Source: Oscillospiraceae bacterium (GTDB lineage: Bacteria > Bacillota > Clostridia > Oscillospirales > CAG-272). Taken from it: a DNA stretch of 60,005 bases. Made by a program: the position numbers and the translations under genes. The stretch spans positions 1 to 60,005 of the forward strand of contig SVQX01000006.1 of NCBI GenBank assembly GCA_015065065.1, given 5' to 3'. The notes beneath the pieces were generated by a model, which did no database searches, was not told where the DNA came from, and saw nothing but the letters and a program-made list of their open reading frames with translations. Shown piece by piece: positions 28,964-39,980 of this stretch; the first letter of the stretch is position 1; each line of letters starts with the position of its first letter.

Positions 28964-30568
28964 TCACTTCAATGCATTTGCAATAGTGAGATAGTCGTTT
29001 GTTAGGATGGTGTCGATACCCATGTTGCGGAAGGCGTGGGCTTCATCGGGGTCGTCAGACCAGAACACGTTGCAGAGTATGCCGTTTGCGTGGGCGGCAT
29101 CCACCGTTTCCTGCGTAAAATATGGCTTGTAGAGTTGGATCTTATACGCTCCGAGCGCTATTGCGCGGTTGACCATGGACATGGGGTCTTTGTTGCCGTC
29201 CCAGCCGAGGCAGACCTTCATGTCGGGAGCAAATTCACGCAGCTCCGTGACACGCTTGTCGTTTGATGTCATAAAGTACACGTGCTTTTCACAGTCGTAT
29301 TTTCTTATAAGCCCGACGATCTGCCGGAACATGGGGTTAACGTCACAGTCCCAGATCTTGACGTGGATATTCATAATGACTCTGCCCGCAAACTTTTGCA
29401 GTATCTCCTCGAAGGTGCAGATTTTCAGTCCCTTGAATTTGTCGCCGTGCTTTGCGCCGAAGTCAAGGGCGAGCAGCTCTCCGTAGGTGTGGTCGCATAT
29501 TTTACCCGTGCCGTTGCTGACTCGGTCAAGAGTGTCGTCGTGGCAAGAAACCAAAATGCCGTCCTTTGTTGACCAAAGATCAAATTCGATTTCCTCCGCC
29601 CCGAGTGCCACAGCCGCACCAAACGCAGGCAGTGTGTTCTCGGGAGCGACAGCGTTAAATCCGCGGTGAGCGCAGATGCGAGGGTAGGGCATGACGTCAT
29701 CAAATTTAACCACCGACGCGCCGCCGTTGCGGTAAAGCCAGGGGCGGCGTCCCTCCTCAATGTACTGATAGTGGGATTTGAGCGCACCCTTAAAGCCCGC
29801 CGCCTTGTAATATTTGGCGTGAGGATCAATGTCTGCTATCGCAATACCCACACGGCTCTTCATATCCTCGATAACAGTTCCGTCGGGGGCAATAATGCAG
29901 CTGCAGCCGCATATTTCGGAGTCCTCGCCGAGAGAAACTGCGGAGCGCACAAGGTAAGCATTTGTGTTGTAGCAAAGGAAGCGGTTGATGATGGAAAGCG
30001 CCTCGTGAGTGTCGGTGCGCTGGTGAGAGCAACCGATAATAATATCTACATCTTTGCGCGCAAGGGGAGCGAAATTCTCATAGAAATAAAAATCGTAGCA
30101 GGTCATAAAGCCGAAGCGGATACCTTCAAGCTCGACGACATAAGGCTCTGCAAAATCGTAGCTGTAGCCGACATCAAGCTCGTTTCCGCCCTGCGCCTCC
30201 GTTTTGACCTCGCTGGGGGCGGGATGAGCCTTGAAATATTTGCCCACGCAATTTCCCTGTCTGTCAAGCACGTGAGTAGTGTTGCGCAAGCCGCTCGCCG
30301 TCCGCTCTGCCGCATTGACGCAAACGATAGCGTTGCATCTGCGGGCGGTGTCTTTCGCCTTTTGTATGATGTCGTCGTTATATTTTGCAACCATGGCGTG
30401 ATAGTTCGCTTTTGACGACTGATCCGCAGGCACGTCGCTGTATTCGGGCAGAACGATAAGGTCAAGGCTGTCGTCGCACTTGTCAATAAGAGCGACCATC
30501 TCGTCATAGCAACGGGCGGTGTCTTTTTCATTAAAAGAATAATAAGGCTGAATTATTGCAACTTTCAT
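28964..30568 (-). CDS. Fusion of a carbon-nitrogen hydrolase (nitrilase family) and a glycerophosphodiester phosphodiesterase domain
   Basis: N-terminal LPEY / YFKAH / TCYD triad; C-terminal CAHRG, PENT, EFDLWSTKDG...HD, GIDTILTND. Confidence 0.85.
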   Translation of the reverse strand: MKVAIIQPYYSFNEKDTARCYDEMVALIDKCDDSLDLIVLPEYSDVPADQSSKANYHAMVAKYNDDIIQKAKDTARRCNAIVCVNAAERTASGLRNTTHVLDRQGNCVGKYFKAHPAPSEVKTEAQGGNELDVGYSYDFAEPYVVELEGIRFGFMTCYDFYFYENFAPLARKDVDIIIGCSHQRTDTHEALSIINRFLCYNTNAYLVRSAVSLGEDSEICGCSCIIAPDGTVIEDMKSRVGIAIADIDPHAKYYKAAGFKGALKSHYQYIEEGRRPWLYRNGGASVVKFDDVMPYPRICAHRGFNAVAPENTLPAFGAAVALGAEEIEFDLWSTKDGILVSCHDDTLDRVSNGTGKICDHTYGELLALDFGAKHGDKFKGLKICTFEEILQKFAGRVIMNIHVKIWDCDVNPMFRQIVGLIRKYDCEKHVYFMTSNDKRVTELREFAPDMKVCLGWDGNKDPMSMVNRAIALGAYKIQLYKPYFTQETVDAAHANGILCNVFWSDDPDEAHAFRNMGIDTILTNDYLTIANALK

Positions 30569-30652
30569 AAGCTACCTTCCTTGAAATATGTTTTGTGCAT
30601 ATATTGTAGCACATTTTGACCGAAATGTAAAGGGGAGGGAAAAATTTGAAAC

Positions 30653-30693
30653 AAAAAGCAGGCCACGGGGTGAGAGCCGTGTCCTGCTTTTTT
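30653..30693 (-). terminator. Terminator after rpsT
   Basis: aaaaagcagg...cacgg / ccgtg...cctgcttttt stem with T-runs on both strands. Confidence 0.75.
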
Positions 30694-30742
30694 GGCGTGC
30701 CGCGGGCTGCCAGGCTATGTGCGGCGACGTACCTTATGAATT

Positions 30743-31009
30743 TTAGGCGTTCAGTGCGTTGAGCGCCTTTGTAAACTCGCTCTTTTTGTGAGCTGCGCAG
30801 TTCTTATGAATGATGCCCTTGGAAGCAGCCATATCGATCTTCTTTACAGCAACGCGGTAAAGCTCCTGAGCAGCAGCGGTATCGCCTGCCGCGAGAGCAG
30901 CCTGATACTTCTTTATGTCAGTCTTGAGCTGCGAGCGGAACATCTTGTTCTGAAGAGTCTTGGTGCGAATGACCTTAACACGCTTCTTTGCAGACTTAAT
31001 ATTCGGCAT
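30743..31009 (-). CDS. rpsT: 30S ribosomal protein S20
   Basis: MPNIKSAKKR...KGIIHKNCAAHKKS; RBS aggagg. Confidence 0.97.
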   Translation of the reverse strand: MPNIKSAKKRVKVIRTKTLQNKMFRSQLKTDIKKYQAALAAGDTAAAQELYRVAVKKIDMAASKGIIHKNCAAHKKSEFTKALNALNA

Positions 31010-31338
31010 TGAATTCAACCTCCTGTTAGAATAATGATTCTATGCTCAAACCAAACCTCATATGAGAGGGTATGCGGTCAGGCTCACATATACCCCTATA
31101 TCATAACACAAAATTTTTCAAATTGCAAGAGCTAATTTCAATTTTTTTGAAAAATTTATCACAAAAATTTCGACAGAGCAGGGCGGCTTTTTGCCTTTTA
31201 ATACTAAAAAAGCACCTCAAATGCCGTTTTTGACGGTTTGGTTTGAGAAAAAACGCCTTTTTGAGCGGCTTTGAGGGTGAATTTTTTGATGAAAAGTGAC
31301 AAAGGTAAAAAAAATTAAAAAATAATGCAGAAAAACAC

Positions 31339-31367
31339 TTGACAAGGCTTGTTTTATGTGATAAAAT
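31339..31367 (+). promoter_or_regulatory. Probable sigma-A promoter of rpoBC
   Basis: TTGACA 31339-31344, 17 bp spacer, TG-n-TAAAAT 31359-31367. Confidence 0.75.
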
Positions 31368-31705
31368 AGTAAGCTGAATTATAATCGCTTGCAGTATGGG
31401 CATTTTTCCCTTTGGAGTACCCTTTACTGTCAAAAAGCGGTTCGTACTTGTATAATTTGACGAAAGATTTTTTTGCGTTTTGTGCTTTTTGCCGAGGCAA
31501 GAAGGGAAGGCGGCGGCGTTTGGCTGCTACCGAGGCGTTTGAAGCGTCCTTCAGCGTTGCGCTGATGAGGTAGCCACCCGTTTGAAGCGGGGGTCGGGGG
31601 CTTAGCTGTCCGAAATTCGTGTCGGGCAAGCGCGGACGGAAAGAGTCGGAGTCTTATCCACAAGCGCCCCAAGCGTTCAAAATAATTGATAGGAGTGGTT
31701 ATTTA

Positions 31706-34700
31706 ATGATCAATCTTAAGGATCAACGCCTTGGCGAAAATACGAGAAAATCGTTTTCGCGCACTCGCTTTAACCTTGAGCTTCCCAATCTGGTCGAAAT
31801 CCAGACAAAATCCTATAAGTGGTTTTTGGAGGAAGGACTTACCGAGGTTTTGCACGAGGTTTCTCCCATTACAGACTTTTCGGGAAATCTGCTTATCGAG
31901 TTCGTGTCCTATTCGCTGGATGCGAAGCCTAAGTATCCCGTTGAGGAGTGTAAGGAAAGAGATGTAAACTACGCAGCTCCCCTGAAGGTAAACGTGCGTC
32001 TGACCAACAAGCAGACGGGCGAGGTAAAGGAGACCGACGTATTCATGGGTGAATTCCCCCTGATGACCGAAACTGGAACCTTCGTTATCAACGGAGCAGA
32101 GCGTGTAATCGTTTCCCAGCTTATCCGTTCCCCCGGCATGTATTACGCTTCCGAGATCGACAAGACAGGTAAGCGCACCTACGCCGCAACCGTAATTCCT
32201 TACCGCGGCGCATGGCTTGAATACGAAACCGATATCAACGGCGTTATGTACGTCCGTATCGACAAAAACCGCAAGGTACCCGTTACCATGTTCATCCGCG
32301 CGCTCGGACTTGAGAGCCGCGAGGACGTTTACGCGGTGCTTGGCGAGGACGACAGACTCAAGATCACCTTCGAAAAGGATGAGTGCGAGGCTCTGGCTCT
32401 TGCAAATCATACCTCCGCGCACGTTGAAGCGCTCAAGGAGATCTACAAAAAGCTCCGCCCCGGTGAGCCTCCCTTGGTTGAGTCCGCAGAGCTGCTGCTC
32501 AACAACTATTTCTTTGATGCAAAGCGTTACGACATAGCTCCGGTAGGACGCTATAAGTTCGATAAGAAGCTGGCTATCCACAGCCGAATCGCAGATAAGA
32601 CTCTTGCCGCTGATGTTATCTCTCCCTTGACGGGCGAGGTGCTTTACGAGGCAGGCACTTATCTTACCTACGACATGGCGCTTGCGGTGGAAAGAGCGGG
32701 CGTAAACACCGTCGACCTCATAATGGAGGACGGTAAGACGGTGGTAAGAGTGCTGTCCAACAACACCTTGGAGCCCGAATACATCCTTGGCTACGACCTT
32801 GCCGACTGCGGCGTTAAGGAAAGAGTCAAGGTTCCCGTGCTGCTTGAAATCGCAGAGGCGGCAGAGGGCGACGTTGATACCCTCAAGGCTATGGTCAAGG
32901 CTCGCATGGCTGAGCTTTGCCCCAAGCACATCACTAAGGACGATATTTTTGCATCTATCAACTATATGCTGGGTCTTGCTCACGACGTGGGCCGTGTGGA
33001 CGATATCGACCACCTTGGCAACCGCCGTATCCGTTCTGTCGGCGAGCAGCTCCAGAACCAGATGCGTATCGGCTTTGTCCGTATGGAAAAGATCATCAAG
33101 GAGCGTATGACAACGCAGGATAACGATAAGCTGACTCCTCAGGCGCTTATCAATATCCGTCCCGTTGCAACCGTTATCCGTGAGTTCTTCGGTTCTTCTC
33201 AGCTTTCTCAGTTTATGGACCAGAACAACCCTCTGGCAGAGCTGACTCATAAGAGAAGACTCTCCGCACTCGGTCCCGGCGGTCTTTCCCGTGACCGTGC
33301 ATCCTTCGATGTTCGTGACGTACACTATACCCATTACGGTAGAATGTGTCCTATCGAAACGCCCGAAGGTCCTAATATCGGTCTTATCTCCTACCTTACC
33401 ACCTACGCGCGCATCAGTGATTACGGATTTATCGAAGCGCCCTACCGCCGCGTAGATAAGGAAAAGGGAATAGTTACCGACGAGGTGGTATATATGACCG
33501 CCGACGTTGAGGATAAATATATCGTTGCTCAGGGTAACGAGCCGCTGGACGAGGAAGGACACTTCATCAACAGCAAGGTAACCGCTCGTGAGAGAACCGA
33601 GATCGCATCTATCGACGCATCCAAGATCGACTTCATGGACGTATCTCCTAAGATGGTAGTTTCGGTTGCTACCGCTATGATCCCCTTCCTTGAGAACGAC
33701 GATAACTCCCGTGCGCTCATGGGTGCGAACATGCAGAAGCAAGCAGTTCCGCTTATGGTCACCGACAGTCCTATCGTCGGAACGGGTATGGAATACAAGG
33801 CAGCCGTTGACTCGGGCGTCGTAGTCGTTGCAAATAACGCGGGCTACGTTGAACGCGTTGAGGCTGACAAGATCGTTATCGCGCAGGAGGACGGCGCGAA
33901 GGACGTTTATACGCTCCGCAAGTTCAAGCGTACCAACCAGGGCACTTGCTTCAACCAGCGCCCCATAGTTCGCAAGGGACAAAAGGTGGAGGCAGGTCAG
34001 GTTATCGCCGACGGTCCTGCAACCTCCCGCGGAGAAATTTCGCTTGGTAAGAACGCTCTTATCGGATTTATGACCTGGGAGGGTTATAACTACGAGGACG
34101 CGGTGCTTCTCAACGAAAGACTTGTAAGAGAAGACGTTTATACGTCCCTGCATATTGAGGAATATTCTCACGAGGCAAGAGATACCAAGCTCGGCCCGGA
34201 GGAGATCACAAGAGAGATTCCCAACGTAGGTGAGGACGTTCTGAAGGACCTTAACGCAGACGGTATCGTTAAGAAGGGTACCGAGGTGCGCTCGGGTGAC
34301 ATTCTCGTAGGTAAGATCACTCCTAAGGGAGAAACCGAGCTTACCGCCGAGGAAAGACTGCTCCGCGCTATTTTCGGCGAGAAGGCAAGAGAGGTTCGTG
34401 ATACCTCGCTGCGTCTGCCTCACGGAGAGACGGGTGTCGTTGTTGACGTCCGCGTATTCTCCCGCGAGACCGGCGACGAGCTTCCCGCAGGCGTTAATAA
34501 GGTAGTTAAGGTTTATATCGCACAGAAGAGAAAAATATCCGTCGGAGATAAGATGGCGGGACGTCACGGTAACAAGGGTGTCGTTTCACGTATTCTTCCT
34601 CCCGAGGATATGCCCTTCCTGCCCGACGGTACTCCTCTGGATATCGTGCTTAACCCTCTGGGCGTTCCTTCCCGAATGAATATCGGTCAGGTGCTTGAGG

Positions 34701-35632
34701 TGCATCTCGGTATCGCTTCCAGACGTCTTGGCTGGAAGATCATGACCCCCGTATTCGACGGCGCAAACGAAAAGGACATCAGCGAGTGCCTGCGCATGGC
34801 AGGTTACAGCCGTAACCTGTTTGCGGGCGAGAATCCCGAGGGTAAGGAGCTGTTTGAGGAGATCGTAAACGAGGACGGCGAGAAGGATTACCGCCTGCTC
34901 ACTCCCGAGGAGAGAGCTAACCCCGAGTATATCGAATCACTCCGCGTAGCGGATAAGCTCCGCTTGTTTGACGGTAAGACGGTGCTTTACGACGGACGCA
35001 CGGGCGAGCCCTTTGACAACCCCGTAACCGTAGGTATCATGTACTACCTCAAGCTTCACCATCTGGTAGATGATAAGATCCACGCGCGCTCCAACGGTCC
35101 TTACTCACTGGTAACCCAGCAGCCTCTCGGCGGTAAGGCACAGTTCGGTGGACAGCGCTTCGGAGAAATGGAGGTATGGGCGCTGGAGGCTTACGGCGCA
35201 GCATACACTCTGCAGGAGATCCTGACAGTCAAGTCTGACGATATCACAGGTCGCCGTAAGGCTTACGAGGCTATCATCAAGGGACAGAACATTCCCACTC
35301 CGGGTGTTCCCGAGTCCTTCAAGGTGCTTGTTAAGGAGCTTCAGGCTCTGGCACTTGATATCCGTGTGCTTGACCAGAACGGCAAGGAGATCGAGCTGTC
35401 TACGCTTTGCAACGAAGACGAGCCTCAGGTCTACCGCCGCAAGACTCCCGACTTCAAGGCTACCGCGTATGACGATGACGATATCGACAGCGCAGTAGGA
35501 CAGAGTGTTGAGACCGACGAGTTCGCGGACGCATTTATGATGCAGGACGAGAACGGCGACGCACTTGACGAAGTGATCGACGACATTTTCTCCGACGACG
35601 AGAACATCGGCGCGGATTACGACGAAGAATAA
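31706..35632 (+). CDS. rpoB: RNA polymerase beta subunit
   Basis: [48 protein letters not shown]; ATG 31706 after aggag. Confidence 0.99.
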   Translation: MINLKDQRLGENTRKSFSRTRFNLELPNLVEIQTKSYKWFLEEGLTEVLHEVSPITDFSGNLLIEFVSYSLDAKPKYPVEECKERDVNYAAPLKVNVRLTNKQTGEVKETDVFMGEFPLMTETGTFVINGAERVIVSQLIRSPGMYYASEIDKTGKRTYAATVIPYRGAWLEYETDINGVMYVRIDKNRKVPVTMFIRALGLESREDVYAVLGEDDRLKITFEKDECEALALANHTSAHVEALKEIYKKLRPGEPPLVESAELLLNNYFFDAKRYDIAPVGRYKFDKKLAIHSRIADKTLAADVISPLTGEVLYEAGTYLTYDMALAVERAGVNTVDLIMEDGKTVVRVLSNNTLEPEYILGYDLADCGVKERVKVPVLLEIAEAAEGDVDTLKAMVKARMAELCPKHITKDDIFASINYMLGLAHDVGRVDDIDHLGNRRIRSVGEQLQNQMRIGFVRMEKIIKERMTTQDNDKLTPQALINIRPVATVIREFFGSSQLSQFMDQNNPLAELTHKRRLSALGPGGLSRDRASFDVRDVHYTHYGRMCPIETPEGPNIGLISYLTTYARISDYGFIEAPYRRVDKEKGIVTDEVVYMTADVEDKYIVAQGNEPLDEEGHFINSKVTARERTEIASIDASKIDFMDVSPKMVVSVATAMIPFLENDDNSRALMGANMQKQAVPLMVTDSPIVGTGMEYKAAVDSGVVVVANNAGYVERVEADKIVIAQEDGAKDVYTLRKFKRTNQGTCFNQRPIVRKGQKVEAGQVIADGPATSRGEISLGKNALIGFMTWEGYNYEDAVLLNERLVREDVYTSLHIEEYSHEARDTKLGPEEITREIPNVGEDVLKDLNADGIVKKGTEVRSGDILVGKITPKGETELTAEERLLRAIFGEKAREVRDTSLRLPHGETGVVVDVRVFSRETGDELPAGVNKVVKVYIAQKRKISVGDKMAGRHGNKGVVSRILPPEDMPFLPDGTPLDIVLNPLGVPSRMNIGQVLEVHLGIASRRLGWKIMTPVFDGANEKDISECLRMAGYSRNLFAGENPEGKELFEEIVNEDGEKDYRLLTPEERANPEYIESLRVADKLRLFDGKTVLYDGRTGEPFDNPVTVGIMYYLKLHHLVDDKIHARSNGPYSLVTQQPLGGKAQFGGQRFGEMEVWALEAYGAAYTLQEILTVKSDDITGRRKAYEAIIKGQNIPTPGVPESFKVLVKELQALALDIRVLDQNGKEIELSTLCNEDEPQVYRRKTPDFKATAYDDDDIDSAVGQSVETDEFADAFMMQDENGDALDEVIDDIFSDDENIGADYDEE

Positions 35633-35710
35633 TTTTCAACCACACGCACACCTCCGCGCGACACGCGCGCGGAGAGTGCGAATTTATGAAAACAGATTAG
35701 GAGAACAACT

Positions 35711-38700
35711 GTGGAGCGTAGTGAATTTTCATCCATAAAAATCGGTTTGGCATCTCCGGAAATGATTAGAGAGTGGTCCTACGGCGAGGTGACAAAGCCC
35801 GAAACCATAAACTACCGTACCCTGAAGGCTGAGATCGGCGGACTTTTCTGCGAGCGTATCTTCGGCCCGACAAAGGACGGCGCTTGTATGTGCGGAAAGT
35901 ATAAGAATTCCCACAGCAAGGAGATCATCAAGTGCGAGAAGTGCGGCGTTGACGTAACCACCAAGAAGGTGCGCCGTGAGCGCATGGGACATATCGAGCT
36001 TGCGAGCCCCGTATCGCACATCTGGTATTTTAAGGCTATTCCATCGAGAATGGCATTGGTGCTTGACATTTCCCCCAAGCAGCTTGAGCAGGTGCTTTAC
36101 TTTGCGGAAAACGTAGTAGTAGATCCAGGCACAACGCCTCTTGCTTCGGGAATGGTGCTTACCGAAAAGCAGTATATGGAATACCGCGAGATGTACGGCA
36201 ACGAGTTCCGCGTAGGAATGGGTGCCGAGGCTATTAAGGAGCTTCTCGCAAAAATCGATATAAACGAGCTTTCCGAGCAGCTCAAGAGCGAGCTGACAAC
36301 GGCAACGGGACAGAAGAAGACGCGCCTTATCAAGCGCCTTGAGGTAGTAGAGGCATTCCGCACCTCCGGCAATAAGCTGGAGTGGATGATCCTTGATGCC
36401 ATTCCCGTATTGCCCCCCGATATCCGACCCATGGTACAGCTTGACGGCGGACGTTTCGCGTCCTCCGACCTCAATGAGCTTTACCGCAGAGTCATCAGCA
36501 GAAATAACCGTCTTAACAAGCTTATGGAGATCCATACGCCCGATATCGTTATCCGTAACGAGAAGCGTATGCTTCAGGAGGCTGTTGACGCCCTTATCGA
36601 TAACGGCAGACGCGGAAAGCCGGTAACCGGTCCTTCCAACCGTCCTCTCAAATCTCTGTCCGAAATGCTCAGAGGTAAGCAGGGACGCTTCCGTCAGAAC
36701 CTTCTGGGTAAGCGTGTAGACTACTCGGGACGTTCCGTTATCGTAGTAGGTCCTTCCCTCAAGATCTATCAGTGCGGTCTGCCTAAGGAGATGGCGCTGG
36801 AGCTGTTCAAGCCCTTCGTTGTAAAGCGTCTTGTTGAGATCGGCAAGGCGACCAACGTAAAGGACGCACAGAAGAAGATCGAAAGAGTTTATCCCGAGGT
36901 TTGGGACGCACTTGAAAACGTAATCAAGGAGCATCCCGTGCTTCTGAACCGTGCGCCTACACTTCACCGTCTGTCCATTCAGGCATTCGAGCCTGTGCTG
37001 GTAGAGGGTAGAGCAATAAAGCTGCATCCGCTGGTATGTACCGCATTCAACGCGGACTTCGACGGCGACCAGATGCCCGTACACGTTCCGCTTTCCGCAG
37101 AGGCGCAGGCTGAGGCAAGATTCCTTATGCTCTCCGCAAACAACCTGCTCAAGCCTGTGGACGGTAAGGCTGTTACCATTCCTACGCAGGATATGATCCT
37201 CGGATCCTACTACCTGACTATGGAAAAGGACGGCGAGCCGGGCGAGGGTCGTGCATTCCGCGACTTCGACGAGGCTATGATGGCATATGCCAACGGTCAG
37301 CTTGGTTTGCACGCAAAGATCAAGGTAAGAGTCAGCCGCACCTTCGATGTTGTTGACGAGGAGAGCGGAGAAGTCAAGAAGGTAGAGAGAACAAGCGTTA
37401 TCACCACTACTCTCGGTCGTCTTATCTTTAACCAGCCTCTGCCTCAGGACCTTGGCTTCGTTGATCGCACAAAGCCCGAAAACGACTTCGTGCTTGAGGT
37501 TGAGTTCGTTGTAAAGAAGAAGCAGCTCGGTCAGATCATTGACCGCTGCATCAAGGCACACGGAACTGCCGTTTGTGCAAATATGCTTGACGATATCAAG
37601 GCGATGGGATACAAGTATTCCACTCGCGCCTCCTTCTCCATCTCGGTTTACGATATGACTATTCCTACCGAGAAGAAGGGCTACCTTGACGAGGCACAGA
37701 AGCGGGTCGACGTTATCACCCGTCACTTTATGCGCGGTGAGCTGTCCGAGGAGGAGCGTTACCAGGCTGTAATCAAGATCTGGAACGAAACCACCGACAA
37801 CGTAACGGGCGCACTCAACGGCTCGTTCAGCAACTTCAACCCGATCAAGATCATGGCGGACTCCGGTGCGCGTGGATCTATGACACAGATGCGTCAGCTC
37901 GCAGGTATGCGCGGACTTATGTTTGCTACCAACGGTAAGACCATGGAGCTTCCTATCAAGTCCAACTTCCGCGAGGGTCTTAATATCACCGAGTACTTCA
38001 TGGGTGCCCGTTCCTCCCGTAAGTCGCTGTCGGATACCGCGCTTCGTACCGCAGACTCCGGATACCTTACCAGACGTCTTGTTGACGTATCTCAGGAGGT
38101 CATTATCCGCGAGATCAAGTGCGATACCACCAAGGGCGCATGGGTCAACGACGTTATCGACGAAAAGGATAAGAACGTGCTTGAGCCTCTGCAGGATAGA
38201 ATCGTCGGCAGATTTACCATTGGCGACGTAGTAGATCCCACAACGGGCGAGGTTATCGTTCCTGATGACACCATGATCAGCGACGATATGGCAAACGCTA
38301 TCGTCAAGGCAGGTATCACTCAGGTTTATATCCGTACCGCTATCCAGTGTCACGCAAGACACGGTATCTGCGCTCACTGCTACGGTGCAGACCTTGCATC
38401 CGGTAAGCTTGTAAGTGTAGGTGAGGCTGTAGGTATTATCGCGGCTCAGTCTATCGGTGAGCCCGGTACTCAGCTTACCATGAGAACCTTCCACTCGGGC
38501 GGTGTTGCAGGCTCGGATATTACTCAGGGTCTTCCCAGAGTTGAAGAGCTGTTTGAAGCACGCGCTCCCAAGAAGGCGGCTGTTATGTCCGAGTACGAGG
38601 GAACTGCGTATATTCAGAGCAATCCCGACGTTCCCGGCATGAACGACGTGACCGTGCACGACGCTATGAACGTAGAGCTTGCTAAGTATAACATTCCTTA

Positions 38701-39346
38701 CGGTATGCGTCTGGCGATCACCGACGGTCAGCAGGTCAAGGTAGGTCAGGCTCTCACCGAGGGCAGCAAGGCTCCTATGGATATCATGCGTATACAGGGG
38801 CTTGACGCTGTTTACGAGTATATCATCAAGGAAATTCAGAAGGTATACCGCTCTCAGTCTGTTAACGTAAACGATAAGCATATCGAGATCATTGCACGGC
38901 AGATGACCAGACGAATGAAGGTCGAGGACGGCGGAGATACCGACCTGCTTGCGGGCTCTGTTGTAGATATGGTAGAGCTTGAGGACGCTAACAATAAGGT
39001 TCGCGCACGTATTGAGGCGGGCGAGGAAAGACTGCACGAGGCAGAGGCAACTCCTGTGCTTCTCGGTATTACCAAGGCGTCCCTGCAGACGGAATCCTTC
39101 CTGTCTGCGGCATCCTTCCAGGAAACCACCAAGGTGCTTACCGAGGCGGCTATCCGCGGTAAGGTTGACAACCTGCTCGGACTTAAGGAGAACGTTATTA
39201 TCGGTAAGCTGATTCCCGCAGGTACGGGTATGAGCTGCTATAAGAACGTAACTGTTGAGAAAACTCAGAACGCACTCGCGCCCAGAGAGGCAGAGGTCGC
39301 AGCTGACGTGATCGACGAGGAAGCTTCGGAAAGCGAAGCAGTATAA
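35711..39346 (+). CDS. rpoC: RNA polymerase beta' subunit
   Basis: [42 protein letters not shown]. Confidence 0.99.
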   Translation: MERSEFSSIKIGLASPEMIREWSYGEVTKPETINYRTLKAEIGGLFCERIFGPTKDGACMCGKYKNSHSKEIIKCEKCGVDVTTKKVRRERMGHIELASPVSHIWYFKAIPSRMALVLDISPKQLEQVLYFAENVVVDPGTTPLASGMVLTEKQYMEYREMYGNEFRVGMGAEAIKELLAKIDINELSEQLKSELTTATGQKKTRLIKRLEVVEAFRTSGNKLEWMILDAIPVLPPDIRPMVQLDGGRFASSDLNELYRRVISRNNRLNKLMEIHTPDIVIRNEKRMLQEAVDALIDNGRRGKPVTGPSNRPLKSLSEMLRGKQGRFRQNLLGKRVDYSGRSVIVVGPSLKIYQCGLPKEMALELFKPFVVKRLVEIGKATNVKDAQKKIERVYPEVWDALENVIKEHPVLLNRAPTLHRLSIQAFEPVLVEGRAIKLHPLVCTAFNADFDGDQMPVHVPLSAEAQAEARFLMLSANNLLKPVDGKAVTIPTQDMILGSYYLTMEKDGEPGEGRAFRDFDEAMMAYANGQLGLHAKIKVRVSRTFDVVDEESGEVKKVERTSVITTTLGRLIFNQPLPQDLGFVDRTKPENDFVLEVEFVVKKKQLGQIIDRCIKAHGTAVCANMLDDIKAMGYKYSTRASFSISVYDMTIPTEKKGYLDEAQKRVDVITRHFMRGELSEEERYQAVIKIWNETTDNVTGALNGSFSNFNPIKIMADSGARGSMTQMRQLAGMRGLMFATNGKTMELPIKSNFREGLNITEYFMGARSSRKSLSDTALRTADSGYLTRRLVDVSQEVIIREIKCDTTKGAWVNDVIDEKDKNVLEPLQDRIVGRFTIGDVVDPTTGEVIVPDDTMISDDMANAIVKAGITQVYIRTAIQCHARHGICAHCYGADLASGKLVSVGEAVGIIAAQSIGEPGTQLTMRTFHSGGVAGSDITQGLPRVEELFEARAPKKAAVMSEYEGTAYIQSNPDVPGMNDVTVHDAMNVELAKYNIPYGMRLAITDGQQVKVGQALTEGSKAPMDIMRIQGLDAVYEYIIKEIQKVYRSQSVNVNDKHIEIIARQMTRRMKVEDGGDTDLLAGSVVDMVELEDANNKVRARIEAGEERLHEAEATPVLLGITKASLQTESFLSAASFQETTKVLTEAAIRGKVDNLLGLKENVIIGKLIPAGTGMSCYKNVTVEKTQNALAPREAEVAADVIDEEASESEAV

Positions 39347-39348
39347 AC

Positions 39349-39388
39349 AAAAAACTCTCCCGCGACGGAAGTCGCGGGAGAGTTTTTT
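39349..39388 (+). terminator. Terminator after rpoC
   Basis: aaaaaactctcccgcgac-ggaa-gtcgcgggagagtttttt. Confidence 0.9.
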
Positions 39389-39449
39389 GTAGTTGAGAGT
39401 TGAGAGTCGCACCACGCTTTGCGTGTGTGAAAAATTGAAAATGATTTAA

Positions 39450-39677
39450 GCGGGAGGATTATATCCTCCCCTACAAATAAGCCATCACTCGTAGGGGAAT
39501 ATTGCTCCTCCGTCAAAGAAAATTATATTCTTTCGTGCGGACAGTCGGGGACGCCTGTCCCTACAATGTTGAAAAGATTTTCGTTATTGGATAATAGAAA
39601 GGTAATATAAACTTTTTGGCGTTGAAAACAACGAAAAATTCTAATAGTTTGTAGGGACAGGCGTCCCCGACTGTCCG
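39450..39677. repeat. Two further inverted GTAG-REP doublets
   Basis: gcgggaggattatatcctcccctac / gtaggggaatattgctcctccg, and cggacagtcggggacgcctgtccctac / gtagggacaggcgtccccgactgtccg (second pair is a perfect inverted repeat). Confidence 0.8.
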
Positions 39678-39688
39678 TGATAATGAAT

Positions 39689-39967
39689 AATTGATGAGAC
39701 TTTTCGCTTTGCGAAAAGCTTCATTTCATTGAAACGGGCGACCGCAGGTCGCCCCTACGGTATAAAAATCTTTGTCTGAAAACAACCGAAAGCATCTCAT
39801 TCACCACGTAGGGGCGAACTGTGTTCGCCCGAAACGCCGCGAAAATTATAGAAATGTTATTGGCTGTATTCATCGAAACAAATCTAAACAAGAAACTCTT
39901 GCATTGAAGTTCTTTGATCAAAACTTTCTTTCAAGAAAGTTTTGCGGGGGTTGGGGCGGAGCCCCAT
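39689..39967. repeat. Composite REP/REPIN-like element, copy 2
   Basis: Near-identical to 28571-28748 plus the shared tail; lacks the roughly 110 bp middle segment of copy 1. Confidence 0.85.
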
Positions 39968-39980
39968 ATTACAATATCAC

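Noticed and set aside
31548-31632. CTGATGAG...GAAA hammerhead-like core in the rpoB leader
   Set aside because: CTGA is tied up in a simple hairpin with tcag, and stems I and III cannot be formed convincingly around a cleavage triplet
33185-33290. Rifampicin-resistance region of rpoB
   Set aside because: [26 protein letters not shown] has the usual sensitive residues
31703-39415. 954-aa and 1228-aa minus-strand ORFs opposite rpoB and rpoC
   Set aside because: They mirror the sense genes codon for codon; sense-strand avoidance of TTA/CTA/TCA explains the lack of stops
39450-39967. Spaced repeats that might suggest a CRISPR array
   Set aside because: Units are inverted pairs of differing sequence with irregular spacing; no cas genes; fits REP elements
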